Source: Prevotella sp.
GTDB lineage: Bacteria; Bacillota; Clostridia; Lachnospirales; Lachnospiraceae
Direction: 5' to 3'
Assembly (NCBI GenBank): GCA_963616205.1
Contig: CAVEKJ010000001.1
Location: 1-63,962, forward strand
Length of the DNA: 63,962 bases
The notes below the pieces were generated by a model that worked only from the letters and a program-made list of their open reading frames with translations, was not told where the DNA came from and searched no databases. Positions 35,656 to 45,166 of this stretch are shown here, piece by piece. Position 1 is the stretch's first letter. Each line of letters starts with the position of its first letter. The position numbers and the translations under genes were made by a program.

Positions 35656-36843
35656 ATGGAGAAAATTTTATTTACATCTGAATCCGTAACTGAAGGTCAT
35701 CCTGACAAAGTCTGCGACTCTATTTCCGATGCCATCCTTGACGCTATGATGGAGCAGGACCCGATGAGCCGTGTTGCATGCGAGACTGCTACTACTACTG
35801 GTCTTGTACTTGTTATGGGTGAGATTACAACCAAAGCTAACGTGGATATCCAGAAGATCGTTCGTGATACGATCCGTGAGATTGGATATGACAATGCAGA
35901 GTATGGTTTTGATGCTGATACCTGTGCAGTTATCACAGCTCTTGACAAACAGTCCACAGATATCGCTATGGGCGTTGACAAGGCTCTTGAGCAGAAAGAG
36001 GATGATATGAACGAGGACGAGCTGGATTCCATCGGTGCCGGTGACCAGGGTCTTCAGTTTGGTTATGCTACCAATGAGACTGAGGAGTATATGCCATATG
36101 CCATCAACATGGCTCACAAGCTTGCACAGCAGCTGACAAAGGTTCGTAAAGATGGCACTCTGAAATACTTAAGACCAGATGGAAAAACTCAGGTTACTGT
36201 TGAGTATGATGAGAATGGCAAACCGAAGAGACTGGATGCTGTTGTTTGCTCTACACAGCATGATCCGGATGTTACTCAGAAGCAGATCCATGAGGATATC
36301 AAGAAATATGTTTTTGACGCGATCATTCCGGCTGACATGGTTGACGAGGATACAAAATATTTCATCAACCCGACAGGACGTTTTGTTATCGGGGGACCTC
36401 ACGGTGACAGTGGTCTGACAGGACGTAAGATCATCGTTGATACTTACGGTGGAACAGGACGTCACGGCGGCGGTGCTTTCTCCGGTAAGGACTGCACAAA
36501 GGTTGACCGTTCTGCAGCTTACGCAGCTCGTTATGTTGCTAAGAACATCGTTGCAGCAGGTCTTGCTGACAAGTGTGAGATCCAGCTTTCCTATGCGATC
36601 GGTGTTGCTCATCCGACTTCTGTAAGTGTGAATACTTTCGGAACCGGTAAGCTTTCTGAGACCAAGCTTGTTGAGATCATCCGTGAGAACTTTGACCTTC
36701 GTCCGGCTGGTATCATCAAGATGCTTGACCTTCGTCGTCCGATCTACAAACAGACAGCAGCTTATGGTCACTTTGGCCGTACAGATGTTGATCTTCCATG
36801 GGAGCATCTGGATAAGGTTGAGACTCTGAAGAAGTATCTGTAA
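35656..36843 (+). CDS. metK: S-adenosylmethionine synthetase
   Basis: [50 protein letters not shown] before ATG 35656. Confidence 0.98.
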   Translation: MEKILFTSESVTEGHPDKVCDSISDAILDAMMEQDPMSRVACETATTTGLVLVMGEITTKANVDIQKIVRDTIREIGYDNAEYGFDADTCAVITALDKQSTDIAMGVDKALEQKEDDMNEDELDSIGAGDQGLQFGYATNETEEYMPYAINMAHKLAQQLTKVRKDGTLKYLRPDGKTQVTVEYDENGKPKRLDAVVCSTQHDPDVTQKQIHEDIKKYVFDAIIPADMVDEDTKYFINPTGRFVIGGPHGDSGLTGRKIIVDTYGGTGRHGGGAFSGKDCTKVDRSAAYAARYVAKNIVAAGLADKCEIQLSYAIGVAHPTSVSVNTFGTGKLSETKLVEIIRENFDLRPAGIIKMLDLRRPIYKQTAAYGHFGRTDVDLPWEHLDKVETLKKYL

Positions 36844-36872
36844 GAAATAATAATTCCAAAAGAACAAAGATT

Positions 36873-36905
36873 GAAGCCCCCGGTAGTGCGAATACCGGGG
36901 GCTTC
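36873..36905 (+). terminator. Hairpin/terminator after metK
   Basis: GAAGCCCCCGGTA-GTGCGAA-TACCGGGGGCTTC. Confidence 0.7.
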
Positions 36906-37013
36906 GTTGTATGTTCAGGGAGGCTTTTTTATAGAAAATTTAGAGATGGGTAATATAGTTTATGTTATAATACGTGTATGCGAATGCTTTTATTATAAAG
37001 GATGGAGATATAG

Positions 37014-38171
37014 ATGAAGTTAAAAACACGTATTATTGTGGGATTTGTGGCGATCATCCTGCTGCCGCTGCTTCTTTTTTCCGCCAGTCTTTACGGGTTC
37101 AGCCAGACGCAGGCGAGACATGTGCAGGAGAGCAGCAGCCAGACGGTGGATTCCAACCAGATGGTCTATGATATTTCCCTGGCGCAGTCTTCCAGCAGCC
37201 AAGTAAGGTTGATGGCTAAGGATATGATTCTGACTGCGACGATCATTCTTGTTTTTACTGCGTTGTCAGTAGGACTGTGGATTTATCGGAGTATTGCGGT
37301 TCCGCTGGTAAAGCTTAAGAAGGCCACCCAGAATATCAAAGAAGGCAATCTGGATTTTGTGCTGGATGTTGAGGGAAAGGATGAGTTTTCCCAGCTTTGC
37401 CAGGATTTTGAGGAGATGCGTAAACGGCTGAAGGAGTCTACGGAAGAGAAGATCCTGATGGATAAGGAGAACAAGGAACTGATCAGCAATATTTCTCATG
37501 ACCTGAAGACGCCGATCACTGCGGTGAAAGGTTATGTGGAGGGTATTATGGATGGTGTGGCGGATACGCCGGAGAAGATGGACCGGTATGTGCGTACCAT
37601 TTATAATAAAACCAATGAGATGGATCATCTGATCAATGAGCTGACCTTTTATTCAAAGATTGATACAAACCGTATTCCGTATACGTTCAGCAAGCTGAAT
37701 GTGGAGGATTATTTTTCCGATTGTGCAGAGGAACTTGGACTTGAGATGGAGACCAAGGGAATCGAGCTTGTGTATGCCAATTATGTGGAGAAGGATGTGC
37801 AGGTCATTGCGGATGGTGAGCAGATCCGCCGTGTGATCCATAATATTGTGAGCAATGCCATCAAGTACATGGAGAAGCCGAAAGGGATCATCCAGCTTCG
37901 TGTGAAGGATGTGGGTGATTTTATCCAGGTGGAGATCGAGGATAACGGCAAGGGTATTGCCGCCAAGGATCTGCCGTATATTTTTGACCGTTTTTACCGT
38001 ACCGATGTTTCCAGAAATTCTTCCAAGGGAGGAAGCGGCATCGGACTTTCCATTGTAAAGAAGATCATGGAGGATCATGGAGGAAAGGTCTGGGCGACAA
38101 GCCGGCTGGGTATCGGAACGATCATGTATTTTGTTCTTAGAAAATATCAGGAGGTACCGATTAATGAGTAG
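37014..38171 (+). CDS. HAMP-domain sensor histidine kinase
   Basis: Two TMs, HAMP, H-box ISHDLKTPIT, N-box NIVSNAIKY, DNGKG, FDRFYR, GSGIGL. Confidence 0.95.
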   Translation: MKLKTRIIVGFVAIILLPLLLFSASLYGFSQTQARHVQESSSQTVDSNQMVYDISLAQSSSSQVRLMAKDMILTATIILVFTALSVGLWIYRSIAVPLVKLKKATQNIKEGNLDFVLDVEGKDEFSQLCQDFEEMRKRLKESTEEKILMDKENKELISNISHDLKTPITAVKGYVEGIMDGVADTPEKMDRYVRTIYNKTNEMDHLINELTFYSKIDTNRIPYTFSKLNVEDYFSDCAEELGLEMETKGIELVYANYVEKDVQVIADGEQIRRVIHNIVSNAIKYMEKPKGIIQLRVKDVGDFIQVEIEDNGKGIAAKDLPYIFDRFYRTDVSRNSSKGGSGIGLSIVKKIMEDHGGKVWATSRLGIGTIMYFVLRKYQEVPINE

Positions 38172-38853
38172 GATTTTGATCATAGAGGATGAGGAAGCGA
38201 TTGCGGATCTTGAGAAGGATTATCTGGAGCTTTCGGGTTTTGAGGTGGAGATCGAGAACCGTGGGGATACGGGGCTTGTACGTGCCATGAAGGAGGAGTT
38301 TGATCTGATCATTCTGGATCTGATGCTTCCGGAGGTGGACGGTTTCGACATCTGCCGACAGGTCCGTGAGGAGAAAAACACGCCGATCATTATGGTTTCC
38401 GCGAAGAAGGATGATATCGACAAGATCCGGGGACTTGGACTTGGTGCAGATGATTATATGACCAAGCCGTTCAGCCCAAGTGAGCTGGTGGCGCGTGTGA
38501 AGGCGCATATGGAGCGTTATAACCGTCTGGTTGGTTCTAATGTGCATAAGAATGATGTGATCGAGATCCGTGGCATTAAGATCGATAAGACGGCCAGACG
38601 TGTGTGGGTCAATGGTGAGGAAACTACGTTTACTACCAAGGAGTTTGATCTTCTGACTTTCCTGGCTGAGAATCCTAACAGGGTTTTTACCAAAGAGGAG
38701 CTTTTCCGGGAGATCTGGGATATGGAGTCCGTGGGAGATATCGCGACAGTTACGGTGCATATCAAGAAGATCCGTGAGAAAATCGAGTTTAATACTGCCA
38801 AGCCTCAGTATATTGAGACAATCTGGGGTGTGGGGTATCGGTTTAAGGTGTGA
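38164..38853 (+). CDS. OmpR/PhoB-family response regulator
   Basis: ILIIEDE, LDLMLP, GADDYMTKPF, wHTH TVHIKKIREKIE..IETIWGVGY. Confidence 0.95.
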   Translation: MSRILIIEDEEAIADLEKDYLELSGFEVEIENRGDTGLVRAMKEEFDLIILDLMLPEVDGFDICRQVREEKNTPIIMVSAKKDDIDKIRGLGLGADDYMTKPFSPSELVARVKAHMERYNRLVGSNVHKNDVIEIRGIKIDKTARRVWVNGEETTFTTKEFDLLTFLAENPNRVFTKEELFREIWDMESVGDIATVTVHIKKIREKIEFNTAKPQYIETIWGVGYRFKV

Positions 38854-38954
38854 GTGTGCAGGGAAATCTTCAGGTGGAGCTGCTGCATGAGAGTATGAAT
38901 GCAGATCGAAATGAAGGTGTATGTTTTACCAGGTGTTTTTGAGAGGAGTGGAAT

Positions 38955-39491
38955 ATGCCACTGTTGAACGAAAAGGTTTATACGATAGAGGATATTTACG
39001 CTTTGCCGGAAGGCGAAAGAGCGGAACTGATCGATGGACAAATTTATTATATGGCGCCGCCGAATACGAAGCATCAGAGGATTTCAAGTATCTTGTCCAG
39101 AAAAATAGGTAATTATATAGATTCAAATAAAGGTAAATGCGAGGTGTTTGCCGCACCATTTGCGGTGTATCTGGATGAGAAGACGAATACTTACGTAGAA
39201 CCGGATATTTCTGTTATCTGTGATCCTGATAAACTGGATGACAAAGGTTGTAAAGGAGCTCCGGACTGGATCATCGAGATCGTTTCTCCTGCGAGCAGAC
39301 GTATGGACTATTACACGAAGCTGTTTAAATACAGGACTGCCGGTGTGAGGGAATACTGGATTGTGGACCCGATGAAGAATCAGATACTGGTTTATGATTT
39401 TGAACATGAAGATACGGAACAGTATACATTTCAGGATTCGATCAAAGTTGGAATTTATGAAGAGCTGAGGATTGATTTTGCTGAGATGTGA
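38955..39491 (+). CDS. Uma2-family PD-(D/E)XK endonuclease-like protein
   Basis: ELIDGQIY.MAPP..HQ, VEPDISV, APDWIIEIVSP, YRTAGVREYWIVDP. Confidence 0.92.
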   Translation: MPLLNEKVYTIEDIYALPEGERAELIDGQIYYMAPPNTKHQRISSILSRKIGNYIDSNKGKCEVFAAPFAVYLDEKTNTYVEPDISVICDPDKLDDKGCKGAPDWIIEIVSPASRRMDYYTKLFKYRTAGVREYWIVDPMKNQILVYDFEHEDTEQYTFQDSIKVGIYEELRIDFAEM

Positions 39492-39496
39492 TGAAA

Positions 39497-39537
39497 AAGA
39501 GGGGAATATCGTTTAATGATAGCCCCTCTTTATTTTT
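39497..39537 (+). terminator. Terminator after the Uma2 gene
   Basis: AAGAGGGG..CCCCTCTT-TATTTTT. Confidence 0.65.
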
Positions 39538-39555
39538 AGGATAAAAGGGTGGATT

Positions 39556-40995
39556 ATGGAAGAAAGATTATATAAAAAACTGGAAGCGTATGGCAGGAGT
39601 GATTTTTACCCGTTTCATATGCCGGGGCATAAGAGGAATCCGCTGGCTATGGAGGGGGATTTTCCGGTGGAGAGGGATATTACGGAGATTAATGGATTTG
39701 ATAACCTGCATCATGCGGAGGATCTCCTGAAAAGGGCCCAGGAGGATGTTGCCCGGCTTTATGGTGTGCCGGAGAGTTTTTACAGTATTAATGGAAGCTC
39801 CGGGGCAATCCTGGCGGCGGTGTCTGCGGCTGTGGATAAAGGGGGGCAGATCCTGATCGCGAGGAATTGTCATAAGGCGGTTTACCATGCAATTTATCTC
39901 CGGGACCTGAGTGCTACGTATATTTATCCACATGAAGATCCAAAACTGGGGATAAACGGCGGAATCTCACCAAGCCGTGTGGAAATGTATCTGGCTGAGA
40001 ATCCGGAGATCCAGGCGGTGCTGATCACTTCGCCGACCTATGATGGTATCGTGTCGGATGTGGCGAAGATCGCGGCGGTCGCTCATCATTATGGCGTGCC
40101 GCTGATCGTGGACGAGGCTCATGGGGCGCATTTTTCTTTTTCGGATTATTTTCCGGTGTCTGCGGCGCAGCTTGGTGCGGATGTGGTGATCAACAGTGTG
40201 CATAAAACCCTGCCGTGTTTGACTCAGACGGGGGTGATCCATCTGTGCAGCGAGCGGGTGAGCCGGGAAAAACTGATGCGTTTTCTGGGAATTTATCAGA
40301 GCAGCAGTCCGTCCTATATTTTGATGAGCAGTATCGATGCGTGTATGGATAAGCTGGAGCGCGAAGGGGATGAGATGTTCCGTGTGTTTACGGAGAATCT
40401 GGAAAAAGCCCGCAGACGTCTTTCCAGGTGCAGGTATATCCAGCTGGTGACGCCGCAGGTTTGTGAGTGCCAGAGAGTTTTTGATTTTGACAGATCCAAG
40501 ATCTTGCTGTCCACAGTGAACAGTTCATTGAACGGAAGGCAGCTGCATCAGATCCTCCGGGAGGAGTTTCATCTGGAAATGGAGATGGAAGCGGAGAATT
40601 ATGTGCTGGCGCTGGCGGCTGTGGGGGATACGGCAGAAGGTTTTGAGCGGCTTTGTGAAGCGGTTGAAGAGATTGACCGGCGAGAGGCGTTAAAATATAG
40701 AGAAGAGGCTGTGGAACAGGAGCCTGTGAAGAATGGAAAGATGAAGCAGGTTATGCGGATTTCCCAGGCTATGGATGCGGAGAGTGAGCGGTGTCCGCTG
40801 GATGAGTGTATCGGACGGACCTCTGCGGAGTTTGCATATCTTTATCCGCCGGGGATCCCGCTGATCGTTCCAGGGGAACAGATTTCTGGACATTTCGTAA
40901 AAAATGTGAGAAGATACCTGGAACAGGGCTTTGAGGTTCAGGGCCTGAGCGACCAGTCGAGTGAGACGGTTTGCGTTGTGAAAAATGATGTGTAA
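39556..40995 (+). CDS. Arg/Lys/Orn decarboxylase, YaaO-like (PLP-dependent)
   Basis: FHMPGHK, RNCHKAV, TSPTYDG, VDEAHGAH, SVHKTL, YPPGIP. Confidence 0.9.
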   Translation: MEERLYKKLEAYGRSDFYPFHMPGHKRNPLAMEGDFPVERDITEINGFDNLHHAEDLLKRAQEDVARLYGVPESFYSINGSSGAILAAVSAAVDKGGQILIARNCHKAVYHAIYLRDLSATYIYPHEDPKLGINGGISPSRVEMYLAENPEIQAVLITSPTYDGIVSDVAKIAAVAHHYGVPLIVDEAHGAHFSFSDYFPVSAAQLGADVVINSVHKTLPCLTQTGVIHLCSERVSREKLMRFLGIYQSSSPSYILMSSIDACMDKLEREGDEMFRVFTENLEKARRRLSRCRYIQLVTPQVCECQRVFDFDRSKILLSTVNSSLNGRQLHQILREEFHLEMEMEAENYVLALAAVGDTAEGFERLCEAVEEIDRREALKYREEAVEQEPVKNGKMKQVMRISQAMDAESERCPLDECIGRTSAEFAYLYPPGIPLIVPGEQISGHFVKNVRRYLEQGFEVQGLSDQSSETVCVVKNDV

Positions 40996-41127
40996 TATGT
41001 ATGGCAGTTGTAGTTGGCAGGGAAATTCTGCATATTGCTGATCCATGAGAATGTCTGACTGACATAAGCGGTATATTTGATTTGGTCAGAGCGTGTATAG
41101 TAACGCATATGCAGCAGAGGAGATAAA

Positions 41128-41715
41128 GTGGGAAAGATTTTTTACATTATGGGAAAAAGTTCTTCCGGTAAGGACAGTGTTTACAGGCAGCTGGAGGCGG
41201 ATCAGGAGCTGGGACTTAAGCGGCTTGTGATCTATACCACCCGTCCGATCCGGGATGGAGAAGAGAACGGAAGAGAATATTTTTTTACAGATGAGAATAA
41301 ACTGAAAGAGTTTCGAAGGAACGGGAAGCTGATCGAGGCCCGTACTTATCAGACTGTTTACGGTCCGTGGACATATTTTACAGCGGATGACGGACAGGTG
41401 TCTGTGGGAAATGACAATTATCTGGGAATCGGCACGTTGGAGTCTTATGTGCGGCTCCGGGAATATTATGGTAATGATGTGCTGTGGCCGGTTTATATAG
41501 AGGTGGAAGACGGAGAGCGTCTGGAGCGTGCTCTTGCCCGGGAGAAAACCCAGGAGGTGCCTAAATACGAGGAGATGTGCAGGCGTTTTCTGGCGGACCA
41601 GAATGATTTTTCTGAAGAAAATATTCTGAAAGCGGGTATATGGAAGCGGTTTCAGAATCATAATCTGGATGAATGTGTGAAGGAAATTATAAATTATATA
41701 AAATCTGTACAATAG
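41128..41715 (+). CDS. Guanylate kinase-like nucleoside monophosphate kinase
   Basis: GKSSSGKD P-loop; YTTRPIRDGEENGREYFF. Confidence 0.82.
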   Translation: MGKIFYIMGKSSSGKDSVYRQLEADQELGLKRLVIYTTRPIRDGEENGREYFFTDENKLKEFRRNGKLIEARTYQTVYGPWTYFTADDGQVSVGNDNYLGIGTLESYVRLREYYGNDVLWPVYIEVEDGERLERALAREKTQEVPKYEEMCRRFLADQNDFSEENILKAGIWKRFQNHNLDECVKEIINYIKSVQ

Positions 41716-41816
41716 GGAAAAATAGTTTTTTTTATACAGAAGATTATGTTATAATTAGTTGAAAGATGTCCGCCGGGTATAACGGAGGACACAAAAGGCA
41801 GAAAGAGGTGATTCTT

Positions 41817-42806
41817 ATGGCAGGATTTCATGACATCATCGGCCATGACGATATAATCAGGCATTTGAAGAATGCGATAGAGACAGGGAAGGTTTCCCAC
41901 TCTTATATTTTTACAGGAGAACCAGGTTCAGGTAAGAAGCTTCTTGCAGGGACTTTTGCGGCAGCACTGCAGTGTGAATCGGGAGAGTCTGAACCGTGTA
42001 TGACCTGTGATTCCTGTAAGAAGGTGATCGGTAAGAATCATCCGGATATCATTACAGTGACTCATGAGAAGCCTGGCAGCATCAGCATTGATGAGGTGCG
42101 TGAGCAGGTTGTCCATGATGTGGATATCAAGCCGTACTGCAGTCCGTATAAGGTTTATATCATTCCGGATGCGGAGATGATGACAGTACAGGCGCAGAAT
42201 GCCATTTTGAAAACCATCGAGGAGCCGCCGGAATATGCGGTGATCATATTGCTGACAAGTAATATCGACAGTCTTCTTCCTACGATCCGTTCCAGATGTG
42301 TGCGTCTGGATCTGAAAGTGGTGGATGACAGTCTTGTGAAGGAATATCTCATGGAGCATCTTCATGTGCCGGATTATCAGGCTGAGATCGATGCATCTTA
42401 TGCACAGGGCAGCATTGGTAAGGCGAAGGAAGCTGCTACTTCTCAGGAGTTTGCGGATATGACTGCCAACGCCCTGAAGATTCTGAAGTATGCCAATTCC
42501 ATGGAGGTTTATGAGCTTACAGAGGCGATAAAGACTCTGACTTCTGATAAGAATAATATCAATGATTATCTGGATATTTTCCAGTTCTGGTTCCGCGATG
42601 TTCTGATGTTTAAGGCAACAAGGGAAATTGACAACCTGGTTTTTAAACAGGAGATTAATTTTATCAGAGAGCAGGCCAGCGAGCGTTCTTATGAGAATAT
42701 CGAAAAAATCCTTGAGGCTCTGGAGAAGACGAAGGTCCGTCTCCGCGCCAATGTTAATCTCGAACTTGCCCTGGAGCTCCTGTTCCTGACAATTAGGGAG
42801 AAATAG
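41817..42806 (+). CDS. holB: DNA polymerase III delta' subunit
   Basis: SHSYIFTGEPGSGK, zinc Cys cluster, HPD, AQNAILKTIEEPP, LLPTIRSRC. Confidence 0.95.
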   Translation: MAGFHDIIGHDDIIRHLKNAIETGKVSHSYIFTGEPGSGKKLLAGTFAAALQCESGESEPCMTCDSCKKVIGKNHPDIITVTHEKPGSISIDEVREQVVHDVDIKPYCSPYKVYIIPDAEMMTVQAQNAILKTIEEPPEYAVIILLTSNIDSLLPTIRSRCVRLDLKVVDDSLVKEYLMEHLHVPDYQAEIDASYAQGSIGKAKEAATSQEFADMTANALKILKYANSMEVYELTEAIKTLTSDKNNINDYLDIFQFWFRDVLMFKATREIDNLVFKQEINFIREQASERSYENIEKILEALEKTKVRLRANVNLELALELLFLTIREK

Positions 42807-42807
42807 A

Positions 42808-43707
42808 ATGGAAATGGTAGTTGGAGTTAGATTTCGTAACGTTGGTAAGATTTATTATTTTAATCCGAAGAACTACAAGGTGAAGGTCGGCGATCATGTG
42901 ATCGTGGAGACTGCCCGTGGTGTGGAATATGGACGTGTTGTTCTGGAACCTCGCAGTGTGAAAGAGGACGAGGTAGTCCATCCGCTGAAAGAAGTTCTCC
43001 GCGTTGCGACAAAAGAGGACGAGGAGCATGAGGCTGAGAATCGTCTGAAAGAAAAAGATGCTTTTAAGATCTGCAAAAAGAAGATCCGTGAGCATGGGCT
43101 TGAGATGAAGCTGATCGATGCGGAGTATACGTTTGATAATAATAAGGTGCTGTTTTATTTTACAGCGGATGGGCGTATTGATTTCCGTCAGCTTGTTAAG
43201 GATTTGGCGTCTGTGTTTAAGACAAGAATTGAGCTTCGTCAGATCGGTGTCCGTGATGAGACGAAGATCCTTGGTGGCATCGGTATCTGTGGAAGAACGC
43301 TTTGCTGTCATACGTATCTTTCGGAGTTTGCGCCGGTTTCCATTAAGATGGCGAAGGAGCAGAATCTTTCTCTGAATCAGACGAAGATCTCGGGTGTCTG
43401 CGGACGTCTGATGTGTTGTCTGAAGAATGAGCAGGAGACTTATGAGGAGCTGAACCGGAATCTGCCGGGTATCGGGGATACGGTGACGACGTCTCAGGGA
43501 ACTACGGGTACAGTTCAGAGTGTGAATGTTCTTCGGCAGATGGTGAAGATCGTGGTGGATGTGAATGATGAGAAGGAGATCCAGGAGTATCCGGTCCGTG
43601 ATCTGAAGTTCCGCCCTAAGAAGAAAAAGGGTAAGGGTGGTGCTGGTTCTGCTGACCACGAGGAGAAAGAGGCTAAAAAGGGAGATTCGAAACCGAATGA
43701 GAAGTGA
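42808..43707 (+). CDS. ricT: RicT/YaaT (PSP1 domain) protein
   Basis: FTADGRIDFRQLVKDLA, RQIGVRDE, CGRTLCC, ISGVCGRLMCCL. Confidence 0.93.
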   Translation: MEMVVGVRFRNVGKIYYFNPKNYKVKVGDHVIVETARGVEYGRVVLEPRSVKEDEVVHPLKEVLRVATKEDEEHEAENRLKEKDAFKICKKKIREHGLEMKLIDAEYTFDNNKVLFYFTADGRIDFRQLVKDLASVFKTRIELRQIGVRDETKILGGIGICGRTLCCHTYLSEFAPVSIKMAKEQNLSLNQTKISGVCGRLMCCLKNEQETYEELNRNLPGIGDTVTTSQGTTGTVQSVNVLRQMVKIVVDVNDEKEIQEYPVRDLKFRPKKKKGKGGAGSADHEEKEAKKGDSKPNEK

Positions 43708-44437
43708 TCTTGTTAAGAGTGGTGAACGTGTGGATGATCTTCAGAATGGGTTGTTTGTGATCCAGGATCCTAAGAAGTTTTGTTTTGGGATGGATGCGGT
43801 TCTGTTGTCTGGGTTTGCCCGGGTGAAGAAGGGGGAAGTTGCTCTGGATATGGGGACTGGCACGGGGATTATTCCAATCTTGCTTTCTGACCGTACGGAC
43901 GGGGAGCATTTTACGGGGCTGGAGATCCAGCATGAGTGTGCGGAGATGGCTGACCGTAGTGTGAGATTTAATGGCCTTGAGGACAGGGTTCGGATCGTTG
44001 AGGGTGATATCAAGGAGGCTGCCGGGATTTTTGGGGCGGCTTCTTTTGATGTGGTGACGTGTAATCCGCCTTATATGATCGGGCAGCATGGGTTGACGAA
44101 TCCGCATGTTCCTAAGGCGATTGCGAGGCATGAGATTCTTTGTACTTTTGATGATGTGGCTTGTCAGGCGGCGCGGGTTCTGAAGGATCGAGGGAGGTTT
44201 TACTTGGTGCACAGGCCGTTTCGGCTGGTGGAGCTGATGGCGACTTTGACGAAGTATAAGCTGGAGCCTAAGAGGATGCAGCTGGTGCATCCGTTTATTG
44301 ATAAGGAGCCGAATATGGTGTTGATCGAGGCCTGTAAGGGTGGAAATTCCAGGATTCGGGTTGAGAGGCCGTTGGTGGTTTATGAGAGGGCTGGGGGTTA
44401 TACGCGGGATATTTTGGAGTTGTATCGGATGGTGTGA
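43697..44437 (+). CDS. yabB: tRNA1(Val) (adenine37-N6)-methyltransferase, YabB/TrmN6
   Basis: FCFGMDAVLL, LDMGTGTG, CNPPY, ARHE, LVHRP.RL. Confidence 0.9.
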   Translation: MRSDLVKSGERVDDLQNGLFVIQDPKKFCFGMDAVLLSGFARVKKGEVALDMGTGTGIIPILLSDRTDGEHFTGLEIQHECAEMADRSVRFNGLEDRVRIVEGDIKEAAGIFGAASFDVVTCNPPYMIGQHGLTNPHVPKAIARHEILCTFDDVACQAARVLKDRGRFYLVHRPFRLVELMATLTKYKLEPKRMQLVHPFIDKEPNMVLIEACKGGNSRIRVERPLVVYERAGGYTRDILELYRMV

Positions 44438-44527
44438 GTGATTTTTTGTGATTTGGTGTTAGGTGGTGAGCCATCGGCGCTGCGCTGGATGGCTGGTAGG
44501 TATGGTGGTTGTGTGACTTCTGTTGGT

Positions 44528-44716
44528 GAACGGACGGCGAGGGGAGGCAGGCTACTGGTGGTGACACACTGCGCACCCTGCTCGACTGCGGCGCCGGTTT
44601 GCTGCCATTCGCGCAAACTCGCTTCGCTCAGACAGTGCGTTCGGTGGCAGCAGCTATCCTCGTCTCCCGACGGGTGCTCCGCTAACGTCACCACCAGCAG
44701 CCTGCCTCCCCTCGCC
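44528..44716. repeat. ~190-bp long hairpin element (REP/MITE-like), related to 19985-20262
   Basis: 30-nt arms 44536-44565 and 44687-44716 (29/30 paired); begins GAACGGACGG; apex AACTCGCTTCGCTCAGACAG. Confidence 0.85.
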
Positions 44717-44749
44717 TGAGATTCAGAGCGAGAGATCGCAGTGTGGCGG

Positions 44750-44961
44750 ATCGGCACAGAGTAACACATTGAGTATCGAAGCATACGGGCATCTGGCCAA
44801 GAACGTAACACAAAGAAAACGCAGAAATAAACAGTATCGGCACAACGTAACACACAGAGTACCGAAGCATACAAATTCCCATTCAAAATCGTAACACACA
44901 GAAAATCGAAGAAATTAAATCAATATCGGCACAGCTTAACACACTGAATATCGAAGCATAC
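44750..44961. repeat. Degenerate tandem repeat array: 37-bp unit x3, period 86-89 bp, ~44-bp subperiod
   Basis: ATCGGCACA-nn-TAACACA-nn-GA-nTAnCGAAGCATAC at 44750, 44836 and 44925; TAACACA recurs about every 44 bp. Confidence 0.8.
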
Positions 44962-45166
44962 AGGCACAAGTCAACAAATCAGAACAGCCGAATCCCCTGC
45001 ACTACTAAAAAAAAGCCCAAGGGGTGTGCAGAGGGGGCGCGGCTTTGCGGCCCCTTTGCGGTTTTCAAAGTTCCCAAACTTAAACAAATCCCCGCGGCTA
45101 AGCGACACAGTCCCCACGGTCAAGTGGAAAAAATCAGCCCACTGCCAAGTGAGAAAAGAGGAAAAT

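Noticed and set aside
36873..36905. Similarity of the metK hairpin (CCCCGGTA..TACCGGGG) to the sRNA central hairpin
   Set aside because: Only the stem matches; no anti-AUG/anti-SD flanks, so likely an ordinary terminator.
44750..44961. CRISPR array call
   Set aside because: Repeats are degenerate, spacers are homologous to each other and to the repeat, and there are no cas genes; kept only as a repeat array.
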